A stretch of DNA of 32,000 nt. It comes from Deinococcus radiodurans R1 = ATCC 13939 = DSM 20539. Lineage in GTDB: Bacteria > Deinococcota > Deinococci > Deinococcales > Deinococcaceae. This document shows, piece by piece, positions 1 to 13,362 of this stretch. Both the position numbers and the translations under genes were made by a program. The notes beneath the pieces were generated by a model. The model saw nothing but the letters and a program-made list of their open reading frames with translations. It was not told the origin of the DNA and searched no databases. The stretch is taken from contig NC_001263.1 in the NCBI RefSeq assembly GCF_000008565.1, positions 2,194,957-2,226,956 of the forward strand. Direction: 5' to 3'. The stretch's first letter is position 1, and every line of letters begins with the position of its first letter.

Positions 1-833
1 GCCACGGCGAGGTTCTGAAAGTTGCCGTCGCGGCGGCTGTCGCTGCTCACCTTCAGGCCGCTGAACGTCACGGGCTGCGTGCCCTGGCTGACGGTCAGGC
101 GGTCGAGTGTCAGGTTCATCTGCCCGCTGCCGAGCAGGTCGTCCTTGTTGGCGCGGGTCGTGGTGCCGCTCAGTTTCATGGGGCCGACCGCGCCGCTGGT
201 GCCCGGCGCATTGAGAAACAGGCCCGGCCAGGAGAAGGCGACGTTCGTCTTGAGCCCCGCGACCCGCACGGCGCCGGTCAGCGGTTGCCAACTCAGGTCG
301 CCCGGCTGGCCTTCCTCGGTGAATTTTCCGGCGGGAATACGGACGGCGGTGTCTGAGGCGCCCGTGAGCCCCACCACCGTGCGGATGACGGGTTTCTGGC
401 CGCCGAACGCCTTGTCGAGCGCCGCCTGGGTCTTGGGGTCGGCAAAGCGAATATCGGTGTCCACCAGCGCCTGTCCCACGCCCGCCGCGCCGAGCAGCGG
501 CCCGTGCTTGATGTGGTTGGTGACGAGCAGCCGCAGCGGCTGCCCGTTCCCGTCCGGCGTGTCTTGCACAATCAGTGTCATGGTCTGGGTGCTGTCGGTA
601 AACCCCTTGTGGTACTCCGACTTCTCCACCTCGACCACGCCGCTCGACCCGAGCGTGCTGGTGAGCTGCTGCACGGCCTGCTGCGTGGTGTCCTGAGCAC
701 GACTGGAAAAAATCGCCGTGGCGCCCACGTAACCGCCGCCGAGCAGCAGGGCAGCGGTCCCGAGGGCCAGAGCGGGCGAAAAACGGCGGGCGGACGCGGT
801 GCGGGTGCGGGGTGGGGTGGGGGTGCGGGTCAT
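1..833 (-). CDS. DUF945 / YdgA-like protein, partial (C-terminus lies beyond the window start)
   Basis: I translated the minus strand by hand from the ATG at 833-831. It stays open to position 1 and is absent from the ORF track because no stop lies in the window. The product begins MTRTPTPPRTRTASARRFSPALALGTAALLLGG (signal/TM-like). It continues VEVEKSEYHKGFTDSTQTMTLIV...LLVTNHIKHGPLLG, which resembles the YdgA pattern (..YHRGVFSS..., ..DHGPFPL). Third-position GC is high. Confidence 0.75.
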   Translation of the reverse strand, partial: MTRTPTPPRTRTASARRFSPALALGTAALLLGGGYVGATAIFSSRAQDTTQQAVQQLTSTLGSSGVVEVEKSEYHKGFTDSTQTMTLIVQDTPDGNGQPLRLLVTNHIKHGPLLGAAGVGQALVDTDIRFADPKTQAALDKAFGGQKPVIRTVVGLTGASDTAVRIPAGKFTEEGQPGDLSWQPLTGAVRVAGLKTNVAFSWPGLFLNAPGTSGAVGPMKLSGTTTRANKDDLLGSGQMNLTLDRLTVSQGTQPVTFSGLKVSSDSRRDGNFQNLAV

Positions 834-952
834 CTTGCCTCCAGCGAGGGCCGGGAATGGGATGGGAGAGCCTTTCGTGCTCCTGATTACGTTGACTGCC
901 CGTTGGAGGTTCCCGCTGAAGGCGGCGCTTACAGAACTGCCCGCCTCAGCAG

Positions 953-982
953 TTGACCTTTTCGGTCATCAATCCGTGTAAG
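953..982 (+). promoter_or_regulatory. Candidate sigma70-type promoter giving a leaderless or near-leaderless mRNA for the ABC permease
   Basis: TTGACC (953-958), an 18-nt spacer, then TGTAAG (977-982). The GTG start at 991 lies 8 nt after the -10 element. No convincing SD precedes 991. Confidence 0.3.
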
Positions 983-990
983 CTGCCAGG

Positions 991-1817
991 GTGACTGTTT
1001 CTCCCTCCGCGCGCCGGGAAGCGGGCGCTGCACCTTCGCGCTGGCAGGTGCTCGGCTGGCAACTCGGCGGTCTGCTGCTCCTGCTGGGCATCTGGTGGCT
1101 GGTCACGGACCGCCTGGGGCTCTACCCGCCCTACGTGTTTCCTGGCCCGGGCGCCGTGTGGACCGAGATTTCCTACGGGCTGTGGGGCACCGGGCCGCAG
1201 GACGGTAAACTGCTCGCGGCCATCGGCGGTAGCCTGCGGCGGGTCCTGACCGGGTACGTGGCGGCGGTGGCGCTCGGCGGCGTCATCGGGCTGCTGATGG
1301 GCGCGTGGCTGCCGCTGCGGGCCACCCTGGGCGCGTACCTGACCGGGCTGCAAAGCGTGCCGAGCATTGCCTTCGTGCCGTTCGCCATCCTGTTTTTCGG
1401 ACTCAACGAGCGGGCGGTGCTGGCGGTGGTGATTCTGGAAGGCTTTATTCCGGTGGCGCTGGCAGTGTCGGGCGCGCTGCTCAACGTGCCGCCCACCCTG
1501 CGAACCGCCGGGCGCACCCTGGGCGCGAACGGGCTGGAGCTGCTGCTGCGGGTGTCGCTGCCCGCCGCGCTGCCCAACGTGCTGAGCGGCCTGCGCACGG
1601 CGTGGAGCTTCGCGTGGCGCGCGCTCGTCGGCGGCGAACTGCTGATTGCGGGCGCGAAAAGCCTCGGCGAGCAACTCGAAATCGGACGCAACACCGCGAA
1701 CGTGGCGCTGGTCCTGTCCACCATCCTGATTATCGGCGTCATCGGGGGCGTGTTCGACGCACTGCTGCGGCTCGTGGAGGGCCGGGTGCGGCGCAACTAC
1801 GGTCTGGAGGTGAACTC

Positions 1818-1821
<4 letters not shown>
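991..1821 (+). CDS. ABC transporter permease, NitT/TauT (SsuC/TauC-like) family
   Basis: 276 aa with multiple hydrophobic helices and a BPD-transporter EAA-like region (..[24 protein letters not shown]..). The stop overlaps the start of the downstream ATPase gene (GTGA at 1818-1821). Confidence 0.85.
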
Positions 1822-2564
<743 letters not shown>

Positions 2565-2580
2565 GCCGGGATGGAGTGAG

Positions 2581-2680
2581 TCAAAAGACGCTGGTCTGGA
2601 GGCCCCCTCTGCTGCGCAGCTTTACAAGTCACCCCTTTGCTTCGCAAGGCCCTCTCTCACAAGGGGAGAGGGTCAAAAAT
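2581..2680 (+). repeat. Deinococcus-type small non-coding repeat (SNR), copy A
   Basis: Shares ggtctgg.ggcccc..., the module ctctgctgcgcagctttacaagtc, and the terminal hairpin ccctctctcacaaggggagagggtcaa with copies at 4508, 8143, 4757 (inverted) and 12357 (inverted). Confidence 0.7.
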
Positions 2681-2709
2681 GTTTCCTGCACGCTCTATAC
2701 TTCCCCCTC

Positions 2710-4500
<1,791 letters not shown>

Positions 4501-4507
4501 GAGGCCA

Positions 4508-4572
4508 GTTGGTCTGGGGGCCCCTCACCCCTTGCTACGCAAGGCCCTCTCCCGCAGGGGGAGAGGGTCAAC
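4508..4572 (+). repeat. SNR repeat, copy B (short form, same orientation as copy A)
   Basis: ggtctgggggcccctcaccccttgctacgcaaggccctctcccgcagggggagagggtcaac aligns with copy A but lacks the internal cagctttacaagtc module. Confidence 0.7.
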
Positions 4573-4756
4573 AAACGCTTAGGCTTTGGCTCTTTTCACT
4601 GCTCCACAGAAAACTGTGAAACGCAGAACGCCAGGGCCGTCGGGCGCGCCAGCGCACGGGCCTCGCGTCCGTAAAAATCACCGGCGTCCAGACCGCCCAC
4701 GCAACTGCGGAACACCGCAAAACAGGCGACATCACCGCCATTTGCACAGCGCCAGC

Positions 4757-4812
4757 GTCAAAGCCCCTGTCCCCTCTGGGGAGAGGGGTTTGGGGTTGGG
4801 GCCAAAAGCTAA
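4757..4812 (-). repeat. SNR-related hairpin repeat, copy D (partial, inverted)
   Basis: tcaaagcccctgtcccctctggggagaggggtttgg resembles the reverse complement of the ...ccctctc....ggggagagggtcaa end of copies A and B. It contains the perfect palindrome cccctc/gagggg. Confidence 0.5.
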
Positions 4813-4834
4813 AGCCCAAGCCTCAACAACACCC

Positions 4835-5653
4835 TCACACACCCAACGCCCCATTCAACTCATCCCGCAGCGCCAGCGCCGCCTCCCGCGCGGCCCCCAC
4901 GTCCAGCCCACGCGCGTACTGCACCGCCCGACTCGCACTCGCCAGCGCCCCGGTGCCCCCCGCATGAAACGCCCCCGCGAGGTCGCGCGCCTGCGCCCCC
5001 TGCGCCCCCAGCCCCGGCAACAGCAGGAGCGCTTTGGGCATCAGCGCCCGGAAGGTGGCGAGGTCGCCAGGATGCGTGGCCCCGACCACCGCCCCGACGC
5101 TGGCGTAGTCGCCGTCGCCCAGGCCTTCTTCATCCCCCAGCCGGGCAATTTCGACGGCAATCCGCTCGCTCACGCCTTGCCCCTGCAAGTCCTGCTGGTC
5201 GGGGTTGGAGGTCTTGACGAGCACGAAAATCGCGCCGCCGTTCTCCCGCGCGGCCTGCACGAAGGGCGTCAGCGTCTGGAAGCCGAGAAACGGGTTGACG
5301 GTGAGGGCGTCCCCAGCATGAGTCCCGCCGAGCCAGCCCTGGGCGTAGGCGGCGGCGGTGGTGCCGATGTCGCCGCGCTTGCCGTCGAGCAGCACCGGCA
5401 GGCCGAGCGTGCGGGCGGCGGCGCAGACTTCTTCGAGCAGGGTGAAACCGGGCAGCCCGAGCGCCTCGAAAAAGGCGAGTTGCGGCTTGACACAGGCGGC
5501 GTACGGCGCGCTCGCTTCCAGCACGTCGAGCGTGTTCTGGCGCAGTTGGGCGACGTCGCGGTACTCGCCCAGACGCGGGTCGAGGCCCACGCACAGCCGG
5601 GTGCGGCGGGAAAGGGTGCGCTCGGTGACGGCCTGGGCGAAGGTGGGGGTCAT
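4835..5653 (-). CDS. pyrF: Orotidine 5'-phosphate decarboxylase, type 2
   Basis: I chose the ATG at 5653 ([26 protein letters not shown]...) within the over-long track ORF 4835..6655. Product is 272 aa, with [12 protein letters not shown] and VNPFLG motifs typical of long-form PyrF. Confidence 0.9.
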   Translation of the reverse strand: MTPTFAQAVTERTLSRRTRLCVGLDPRLGEYRDVAQLRQNTLDVLEASAPYAACVKPQLAFFEALGLPGFTLLEEVCAAARTLGLPVLLDGKRGDIGTTAAAYAQGWLGGTHAGDALTVNPFLGFQTLTPFVQAARENGGAIFVLVKTSNPDQQDLQGQGVSERIAVEIARLGDEEGLGDGDYASVGAVVGATHPGDLATFRALMPKALLLLPGLGAQGAQARDLAGAFHAGGTGALASASRAVQYARGLDVGAAREAALALRDELNGALGV

Positions 5654-5728
5654 CGCCTGCCAGTGTAAAGGGCGCAGTTGAGGGACAAACGGGAAGGGGT
5701 GCTGAGCGGGGCCGGTACACTGCCGAGC

Positions 5729-6589
5729 ATGACCTTTTCTGTCGTGGGGCGCGACCCCCGGACCGGCGACCTCGGCGTCGCGGTGGCGAGCAAGTTCCTC
5801 GCGGTGGGGGCGCTGGTGCCCTTCGTGCGCGGCGGCGTGGGGGCGGTAGCGACGCAGAGCTATGTCAACCCCAATTTCGGTCCTGAAGGTCTGGGGCTGC
5901 TCACGCAGGGGCTCGACCCGCAGGCCATCGTCGCCCGCTTTCGTGAGACCGACGCCGACATCGAGCAGCGGCAATTCGGGCTGGTCGGCGCGGACGGGCA
6001 GAGCGCGACCTTCACCGGCACGGGCTGCCACGCCTGGGCGGGCGGCTTCGCGGGGCCGGACGTGGCGATTCAGGGCAACATCCTCGCCGGGCCGGGCGTG
6101 CTGGACGCGATGCGGGCAGCGTGGGAGGCCGGGCACGAGCTGCCTCTCCCCCGCCGTCTGCTGGCGACGCTGCGGGCCGGGGACGAGGCGGGCGGCGACC
6201 GGCGCGGGCGGCAATCGGCGGCGCTGCTGTGCGCGGGGCCGGGGCGCGGCTACGGCGGCCTGACCGACGACTGGGTGAACCTGCGCGCCGACGACCACGC
6301 CGACCCCTGCGGCGAACTGGCGCGGCTGCTCGACCTTCACGACCTGCTGTTTGGCCGCCCGCAGGACACCCGTCCGCTGACGGAAGACGAACTGAAATGG
6401 CTGCGGGCGCTGCTCATCTGGCAGGACTACGCCACGTCGCTGCCCGCCGGAGACTGGGACGCCGACACCGAAGCGGCGGCTTGGGCGCTCTACGGCACCG
6501 AGAACCTGGAGGAACGCTGGGTGGCGGGCGGTCAGGTGGACCCGGCGGCGCTCGCCTATTTGCAGGAGCGCTACCCCGAACCGTTCTGA
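5729..6589 (+). CDS. DUF1028 family (Ntn-hydrolase-like) protein
   Basis: [48 protein letters not shown] is the characteristic DUF1028 N-terminus. I chose the ATG at 5729, in frame with the track ORF starting at 5678. Confidence 0.8.
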   Translation: MTFSVVGRDPRTGDLGVAVASKFLAVGALVPFVRGGVGAVATQSYVNPNFGPEGLGLLTQGLDPQAIVARFRETDADIEQRQFGLVGADGQSATFTGTGCHAWAGGFAGPDVAIQGNILAGPGVLDAMRAAWEAGHELPLPRRLLATLRAGDEAGGDRRGRQSAALLCAGPGRGYGGLTDDWVNLRADDHADPCGELARLLDLHDLLFGRPQDTRPLTEDELKWLRALLIWQDYATSLPAGDWDADTEAAAWALYGTENLEERWVAGGQVDPAALAYLQERYPEPF

Positions 6590-6638
6590 GCGGCGCGGCG
6601 AACAGTTCTGGCCGGACTCGCGGGGTAAACTCCGTGCC

Positions 6639-7106
<468 letters not shown>

Positions 7107-7143
7107 CGCTCCCAGCCGCGCCGCGTGTACTACGCTGGGTCTC

Positions 7144-8328
7144 ATGAAGCTTCTGGTCGTTGGCGGTGCGGGATATATCGGTTCACATACGGTGCGGCAA
7201 CTGCGCGCGGCGGGGCATGAGGTCGCGGTGTTCGACAACCTCTCCAGCGGCCATGCCGAGGCGCTGCCGGGCGAGGTCGAACTCATTCGCGGCGACCTGC
7301 TTGACGCCGCCAGCATCCGCGCAGCGCTGGAGGCGCAAAAGCCCGACGCCATCATCCACTTTGCCGCGCTGATCGAGGTGGGCGAGAGCATGCGCGCGCC
7401 GGGACGCTACTACCGCAACAACGTGGTGGGCACCCTCAACCTGCTTCAGAGCATCGTGGAGACGCGCAAGGTGCCGCTGGTCTTTTCGTCCACCGCCGCC
7501 GTGTACGGCACGACCGACGCGGTGCCGATTCCCGAAGACGCCGCCATGCAGCCAGAGAGCGTGTACGGCGAGACGAAACGGATGTCCGAGCAGATGATTC
7601 ACGCCTTCCACGTCGCGCACGGCCTGCCCTACACCGTGCTGCGCTACTTCAACGTGTGCGGCGCGGCGCCCGGCGGCGACATCGGCGAGGCGCACCCCAA
7701 CAAGACGCACCTCATCGAACTCGCCTGCCTGACCGCGCTCGGGCAGCGCGAGAAGATGATGATTTTCGGCGACGACTACCCCACCCCCGACGGCACCTGC
7801 ATCCGCGACTACGTGCACGTGCAGGACCTCGCCGACGCACACGTGCTGGCGGTGGAGGCGCTGCACGCCGGAAAAACCGACGCCGCCACCTACAACGTGG
7901 GCCTGGGCCACGGCTTTTCCGTGCGCGAGGTGCTCGACGCGGTGGACGCGGTGGTCGGCACTCCCTTGCAGCGCGAACTTGCCCCGCGCCGCGCGGGCGA
8001 CCCGCCCCGGCTGGTGGCCGACGCCTCGCGCATCGTGGACCAACTGGGGTTTGCGCCCAAGTTCACCGACCTGCGCGACATTGTGCAGACGGCGTGGGAC
8101 TGGCACCGGACGCACCCGCAGGGTTTGGGGAGCAATAATAAAGACCCCTCACCCCTGCCTTTGGCAGGCCCTCTGCTTCGCAGCTTTACAAGTCTCCCCT
8201 TGGTAGAGGGTCAAACAGCGCAACACAAGCAGAGGACGGAGATTTCCCCGCCCTTTCTTCTTCCACTGCTCTACTCCTCTTCCTCCACCACCGCGCTTCC
8301 CCGCGTCGCGTCGCGCAGGGCCGCCTGA
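7144..8328 (+). CDS. galE: UDP-glucose 4-epimerase with an apparent ~65-aa C-terminal extension read through an SNR repeat
   Basis: [15 protein letters not shown] Rossmann motif and catalytic YGETK. GalE-like similarity ends at ...[12 protein letters not shown] (~8125). No stop codon occurs until 8326-8328, so the ORF runs through SNR copy C. The 3' end is uncertain. Confidence 0.8.
   Translation: MKLLVVGGAGYIGSHTVRQLRAAGHEVAVFDNLSSGHAEALPGEVELIRGDLLDAASIRAALEAQKPDAIIHFAALIEVGESMRAPGRYYRNNVVGTLNLLQSIVETRKVPLVFSSTAAVYGTTDAVPIPEDAAMQPESVYGETKRMSEQMIHAFHVAHGLPYTVLRYFNVCGAAPGGDIGEAHPNKTHLIELACLTALGQREKMMIFGDDYPTPDGTCIRDYVHVQDLADAHVLAVEALHAGKTDAATYNVGLGHGFSVREVLDAVDAVVGTPLQRELAPRRAGDPPRLVADASRIVDQLGFAPKFTDLRDIVQTAWDWHRTHPQGLGSNNKDPSPLPLAGPLLRSFTSLPLVEGQTAQHKQRTEISPPFLLPLLYSSSSTTALPRVASRRAA
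8143..8216 (+). repeat. SNR repeat, copy C (lies inside the galE reading frame)
   Basis: cccctcacccctgcctttggcaggccctctgcttcgcagctttacaagtctccccttggtagagggtcaa shares the cagctttacaagtc module and the ...agagggtcaa end with copy A. Confidence 0.7.
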
Positions 8329-8882
8329 AAAGCCTCCACGTCTTCCGGGTAGACCTCCACCGGCAGGGTCACGCCCGCCCCGGTGTACGTTTCCTCGCCG
8401 CGCGCCGCGTCCCAGGTGCCGAGCAGGTGGTAGAGGCCGCTGAGGTGATCGAACGGCACGCTGACCTGCAAGGTGCGGCGCGGGCGCACGTCCAGGCGGG
8501 GCGCCGTCCGCAGGCACTCCGCCGCCACGCCGCCGTAGGCCCGCACCAGCCCCCCGGTGCCGAGCTTGACGCCACCGTAGTAGCGCACGACCACGACCAT
8601 CACGTGGTCCACGCCCTGCCCCTCGATGGCCCGCAGGATAGGCGCCCCCGCCGTGCCGCCCGGTTCGCCGTCGTCGCCGAAGCGGTACGCCGCGCCGATG
8701 CGGTAGGCCCAGCAGTGGTGGGTGGCGTCGGGGTAACGGGTCCGCAGCGCCGCGAGGTGTGCCAGCGCCTCTTCCGGCGAGTCGGCGCGCTCCGCGAAGG
8801 CGAGGAATTCGGAATGGTCAATGACCGCATCAACGCGGTGCGCGGCGGCGAGGGTGGTAAAGGGCGGGGGCAGGTCGGTCAT
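8271..8882 (-). CDS. yigZ: YigZ / IMPACT family (UPF0029) protein
   Basis: 203 aa. HHCWAYRIG...[14 protein letters not shown]...[22 protein letters not shown] is the conserved IMPACT-N signature. Confidence 0.85.
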   Translation of the reverse strand: MTDLPPPFTTLAAAHRVDAVIDHSEFLAFAERADSPEEALAHLAALRTRYPDATHHCWAYRIGAAYRFGDDGEPGGTAGAPILRAIEGQGVDHVMVVVVRYYGGVKLGTGGLVRAYGGVAAECLRTAPRLDVRPRRTLQVSVPFDHLSGLYHLLGTWDAARGEETYTGAGVTLPVEVYPEDVEAFQAALRDATRGSAVVEEEE

Positions 8883-8911
8883 GGCGTGTGGGGGCGAGTG
8901 TAGCCCGCGCC

Positions 8912-9514
8912 TCAGAGCAGCCCGCGCCGCGTCAGTTCGCCGCGCGCCTGCCAGAGTGTGAGCGAACTCGGGCCGTCCTGAATCTCGCCCGCTTCCAGCA
9001 TCCGGTAAACCTCGGCGAGCGGCAGCACCACGCGCTCAATCGTTTCGGTGTCTTCGAGCTGCGCCGCGCCCAGCGTCACGCCGAGCGCGAGCAACGGATA
9101 AAACACGACCCCGCTGATGCTCGGCTGCGGGTAAAAGCCGGGCAGGGGCACCCACTCGGACGCTGCGCCGCCCACCTCTTCCAGCAGTTCGCGGGCCGCC
9201 GCCGCGCCGAGGTCTTCGCCTTTTTCCACGCCGCCCGCCACGATTTCGGTGATGGTCGCCCGCAGCGGGTAGCGAAATTGCCGGATGAGAACCGCCTCGC
9301 CCTGCGCCGTCACCGGCAGGATAAACACGGCGCGCGGCCCACGCGGGCGGTACTGGTAGGTCGTCTCCACGCCGGGGCGCACCTGCACCCGGTCCTCGTA
9401 GACGGTGCGAAAGCCCCCCACGAGTTGCCGGCTGGACAGTGTTTTCCAGGGCGTCACGGCGTCCTCGGTCAGACCGGCCCAGTTGGGATGCTGCGGCGTC
9501 GGGGAATCAGGCAT
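8912..9514 (-). CDS. NUDIX hydrolase (ADP-ribose pyrophosphatase-like)
   Basis: Nudix box [24 protein letters not shown] chose the internal ATG at 9514 (MPDSPTPQH...), because the upstream part of track ORF 8912..9664 is Cys/Trp-rich and overlaps the next gene. Confidence 0.8.
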   Translation of the reverse strand: MPDSPTPQHPNWAGLTEDAVTPWKTLSSRQLVGGFRTVYEDRVQVRPGVETTYQYRPRGPRAVFILPVTAQGEAVLIRQFRYPLRATITEIVAGGVEKGEDLGAAAARELLEEVGGAASEWVPLPGFYPQPSISGVVFYPLLALGVTLGAAQLEDTETIERVVLPLAEVYRMLEAGEIQDGPSSLTLWQARGELTRRGLL

Positions 9515-9557
9515 AGAGCATTGTGGCGCACCTGCCGAGGGAACCGGGGAGGGATGC

Positions 9558-10580
9558 TCAGCGCTCGCGCCGGGGCCGGGTCGCCAGCACCACCAGCACG
9601 CCGACGAGTGAGCCGATGACCGTCTCGGCGGCGCGGCTGAGCAGCAGTTCGCCCGGCGGCACACGGTGCGCGAGCTGGTTCATCAGCAGGGCGAGCGGGG
9701 TGACGAACACCATCGTCAGGCCGTAGTGCCGCGCCACGAACAGTTCGGCGAGCCATTGCAGCACCATCACCACCAGCACGGTGCCCCAGCCCGGCAGCGT
9801 GGGCCACAGCAGCACTGCCGAAAGCCCCAGCCCCAGCGCCGTGCCCGCCACCCGGTGCAAGGAGCGCTGCACCCGCATCCGCTGGTTGAGCGCGGTCATC
9901 GGCACCGCCGCCGACACCATCGCCCACGCCACGTGCCCCAGCCCGCTGAGCAGGCCCAGAGCGCCGGCCAGCCCCACCGCGACAAAAAAGCGCAGGCCGG
10001 CGCTCATCAGTTCGGACGGCTGCTGGTCATGGGGCGGCGGCGCGGCGAGTTCGTGCGGACGCGCCCGCGTCGAGTGCCACGCGCCGAGGGCGCCCAGCGC
10101 CACGCTCAGCGCCGCCGCGCCCCCCGACACCGCGAGGGCCAGCGGCAAGGGCGCCGGGTGCGGCAGCGCTCCCACCGTCCCCACCGCGAAGACGAAAAAC
10201 AGCGAGCCGGCGGGCCGCAGGTGCCACACCGTGGCGAGCACCGCGCCGAACGCCGCCACCAGCGCCCCCACCCACATGACGGTCCAGGGGCTGGCCGACC
10301 CCGCCGTGAGCACGCCCAGACCGACGCAGGTCACGAGCAGCAGGCCCGCGAGAGCCTGATGCCGTGCCCGCTCGCCGAGCGGTTCGCCCCGGCCATAGAT
10401 GCCGGTAAAGGCGCCGAAAGCCGCATACACCGTCAGGTCTGCCCGCCCCAGCGCGAGCAGCAGCAGCAGCGGGGCGCCCACCCCCACCGCGATGCGCTGC
10501 GCGGGCCAGCGGTCACGGCGCTCGGGACGCGGCAGGCCGGGCGGCCACACGGGCAACCGGGAAGAAGCAGGGCCGGTCAA
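9558..10580 (-). CDS. FUSC / aromatic-acid-exporter-like integral membrane protein
   Basis: Multi-helix hydrophobic protein with [23 protein letters not shown]...[19 protein letters not shown], typical of the FUSC/YccS family. The start is uncertain. The TTG at 10580 overlaps the upstream gene's stop (TTGA). The GTG at 10550 is an alternative. Confidence 0.6.
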   Translation of the reverse strand: MTGPASSRLPVWPPGLPRPERRDRWPAQRIAVGVGAPLLLLLALGRADLTVYAAFGAFTGIYGRGEPLGERARHQALAGLLLVTCVGLGVLTAGSASPWTVMWVGALVAAFGAVLATVWHLRPAGSLFFVFAVGTVGALPHPAPLPLALAVSGGAAALSVALGALGAWHSTRARPHELAAPPPHDQQPSELMSAGLRFFVAVGLAGALGLLSGLGHVAWAMVSAAVPMTALNQRMRVQRSLHRVAGTALGLGLSAVLLWPTLPGWGTVLVVMVLQWLAELFVARHYGLTMVFVTPLALLMNQLAHRVPPGELLLSRAAETVIGSLVGVLVVLATRPRRER

Positions 10581-11401
10581 CGCCGTCCGGCCTCCCACAG
10601 CGCGAGTTGCTCGTGCGCCTCGTCCACGTGCATCTGCTCCACCAAGGCGCCGCGCCAGGTCGCCACGCTTTTGCCCTCCTGCCGCGCCGCGTCCCAGGCC
10701 GCCAGCAGGTCGCGGGCCGCCTGCGCCTGCTCGTCGGAGACCCCAAACGCGCTGTTGGCCGCCGCCACCTGGTCCGGGTGAATGACGGTCTTGCCCGCGA
10801 AGCCCAGCGTGCGCCCCTGCTCGCACTCACGCACAAAGCCGGCGGGGTCGCGCACGTCGTTGTACACGGCGTCAATCGGCAGTTTGCCCGCCGCCCGCGC
10901 GGCCAGGACCACGGCGGAGAGAGCGTGCAGCAGCGGCAAGCGCTCGGGCTGGGGCTGGGTCCGCAGGGCGCGGGCAAGGTCGTTGGCGCCGACCAGCAGC
11001 CCCGCCACACCGGGGGCCGCCGCAATCGCCGGGGCGTTCAGCACCCCACGCGGTGTCTCGATCATCGCCCACAGCGGTACGCGCAGATGCAGCTCGGTCA
11101 CGCTGCGCCCCTCTTCCACTTTCGGCAGCACCAGCCCGTCCACCCCGGCGAGCAGCGCCATCTCGCGGTCGGCGTGTTCCCACTCCGTGCCCAGGCCGTT
11201 CACCCGCACCAGCACCGGGCAGGGCCAGGACTCGGCGAGCGCGGCCTGCACGTTCGCCCGCGCCGCGCCCTTGTGTTCGGGGGCCACCGCGTCTTCGAGG
11301 TCCAGAATCACCGCGTCGGCGCCGAGCGTGCGGGCCTTTTCGATGGCGCGCGGCTTGTCGCCGGGCACGTAGAGCAGCGAGCGCAGCGGCTTAGCGCTCA
11401 C
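10577..11401 (-). CDS. HpcH/HpaI aldolase - citrate lyase beta subunit (CitE)-like protein
   Basis: 274 aa. LRSLLYVPGDKPRAIEKARTLGADAVILDLEDAV and GFAGKTVIHPDQV are the canonical CitE/malyl-CoA-lyase-like motifs. GTG start. Confidence 0.85.
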   Translation of the reverse strand: MSAKPLRSLLYVPGDKPRAIEKARTLGADAVILDLEDAVAPEHKGAARANVQAALAESWPCPVLVRVNGLGTEWEHADREMALLAGVDGLVLPKVEEGRSVTELHLRVPLWAMIETPRGVLNAPAIAAAPGVAGLLVGANDLARALRTQPQPERLPLLHALSAVVLAARAAGKLPIDAVYNDVRDPAGFVRECEQGRTLGFAGKTVIHPDQVAAANSAFGVSDEQAQAARDLLAAWDAARQEGKSVATWRGALVEQMHVDEAHEQLALWEAGRR

Positions 11402-11542
11402 CGGGCTTCGCCTCCCGACGGCGCACCGCAGCGCCCGACGTGAGCAGAAAAGGCAGCAAAACGAGCAGGTAGGCCAGAGGACGCTTCATGCCCGCATTTT
11501 CGCAGAAGACTCGACCAGGATTCGCCCCGCCGGGATTATTCT

Positions 11543-11830
11543 GTGGACATGTCGCACGACACCTTTGAGGCCCGCGCCCTGCAACTCGCCTACGAGATGA
11601 CCGCCCACAACACCTACGAGGGCAAGGTCGGTCAGGGCCACAATGAGGCGCGCGCCGCGGATATTCGCCGCCTGTTCGACATCCTGTGCGGCCACGACCC
11701 GGAAGACCACGCCCACGAGTCGCACAAGAAAGCGGGCCGCAAGGCGAGCGAAAAAGCCGCCGAGAAGCGCCGCAAGAAGTTCGCCGACCTGCCCCCCGTC
11801 GCCGAAGCCGAGGCGCTCGGGCGCAGCTGA
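11543..11830 (+). CDS. Hypothetical protein (95 aa, Lys/Glu-rich C-terminus)
   Basis: High third-position GC throughout. Followed by a hairpin plus T-run. No recognisable domain. Confidence 0.55.
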   Translation: MDMSHDTFEARALQLAYEMTAHNTYEGKVGQGHNEARAADIRRLFDILCGHDPEDHAHESHKKAGRKASEKAAEKRRKKFADLPPVAEAEALGRS

Positions 11831-11835
11831 TCAGC

Positions 11836-11882
11836 AAGCGGGCGCCTGAGACTGAGACTTCCTCACAAGCGCCCGCTTTTTT
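11836..11882 (+). terminator. Putative intrinsic terminator (long loop)
   Basis: aagcgggcgc (11836-11845) pairs with gcgcccgctt (11869-11878) and is followed by a T6 run. The 23-nt loop lowers confidence. Confidence 0.45.
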
Positions 11883-11888
11883 ACCTTC

Positions 11889-12269
11889 CTACAGCCCCCA
11901 GATACTTGCCGGCGCGAGTTCCAGCACGTTGCCGGCGGGATCGTCGAAATACAGGCTCTCGCCGCGCTCGCCCCAGGCGTAGCGGGTCACGTCCAGGCCG
12001 TGCCCGCGCAGCCGCGTTTCCCATTCGGCGGTCTGCTCGCGGGGAATGGCGAGGCAGGCGTGTCCGCCCGGTTTGCCCTGATGACTCGGCACGTCGCCGG
12101 GTTTCGCGCTCGCTTCCGGGTTGAAAATCAGCAGCATGGAACCGTCGAGGCGGTAAAAGAGGTGCCGCCCGGCCACTTTGCTGTGCAGCGTCAACCCCAG
12201 CACGCCGGAATAAAAGGCTTCGGCGGCGCTGAGGTCGTCGGCGTAAAGGCAGGTCTCGAGGGCGCGCAT
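11889..12269 (-). CDS. VOC (glyoxalase/bleomycin-resistance/dioxygenase) family protein
   Basis: 126 aa. Size and pattern (..AEAFYSGVLGL.., ..HACLAI.., ..SLYFDDPAGNVLEL) are typical of single-domain VOC proteins. Confidence 0.8.
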   Translation of the reverse strand: MRALETCLYADDLSAAEAFYSGVLGLTLHSKVAGRHLFYRLDGSMLLIFNPEASAKPGDVPSHQGKPGGHACLAIPREQTAEWETRLRGHGLDVTRYAWGERGESLYFDDPAGNVLELAPASIWGL

Positions 12270-12356
12270 GGGAGCAGTTTAGGTTAGAACATTTGCCAAA
12301 AAGATGGCACAGCTTTTTGGCGAGCGGAGCGAGTGCAAACCACTGAGCAGAACGGA

Positions 12357-12380
12357 CTTGCAAAGCTGCGAAGCAGAGAA
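12357..12380 (-). repeat. SNR-related module, copy E (inverted, partial)
   Basis: The reverse complement reads tctgcttcgcagctttgcaagtc. It matches the ctctgct(g/t)cgcagcttt(a/g)caagtc module of copies A and C. The flanks are diverged. Confidence 0.45.
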
Positions 12381-12432
12381 TGGAGCGGGTGGCGGTGCTG
12401 CTGCCGACACCCGCGTAATTCGGAGAACTGCT

Positions 12433-13344
<912 letters not shown>

Positions 13345-13362
13345 GATCGCGCCCGGCGTGCT

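Noticed and set aside
22-696. 224-aa plus-strand ORF at the window start
   Set aside because: The opposite strand encodes a DUF945/YdgA-like protein with a signal/TM N-terminus and family-like motifs. The plus-strand translation is Ser/Pro/Cys-rich with no similarity to anything I recognise.
834-990. A TPP or other riboswitch upstream of the NitT/TauT-type ABC transporter (ThiXYZ-like systems often have one)
   Set aside because: I could not find the conserved CUGAGA or ACCUGAUCUGGAUAAUGCCAGCG-type motifs on either strand. The region also has to hold the divergent promoter of the DUF945 gene. An Rfam scan would settle it.
4568-4819. 83-aa minus-strand ORF in the spacer between two SNR copies, and another frame ending ...GGLDAGDFYGREARALARPTALAFCVSQFSVEQ that might be a gene remnant
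   Set aside because: The 83-aa ORF has poor GC3 and partly consists of repeat sequence. The other frame has coding-like GC3 over only ~45 codons, no start codon, and a stop immediately upstream. At most it is a decayed fragment, and I cannot assign it.
5659-5722. A 7-bp inverted repeat (cagtgta ... tacactg) in the pyrF/DUF1028 divergent spacer as a PyrR-type attenuator
   Set aside because: The arms are ~50 nt apart and only 7 bp long. The PyrR binding-loop consensus is absent. A chance match is likely.
10577-11401. The first CitE-like gene as a distant part of the Ter system
   Set aside because: It is on the opposite strand, ~4 kb away and separated by unrelated genes (VOC, RIO kinase, LprI-like, trmH). 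It is translationally coupled to a FUSC-like exporter instead. It is probably an independent paralogue.
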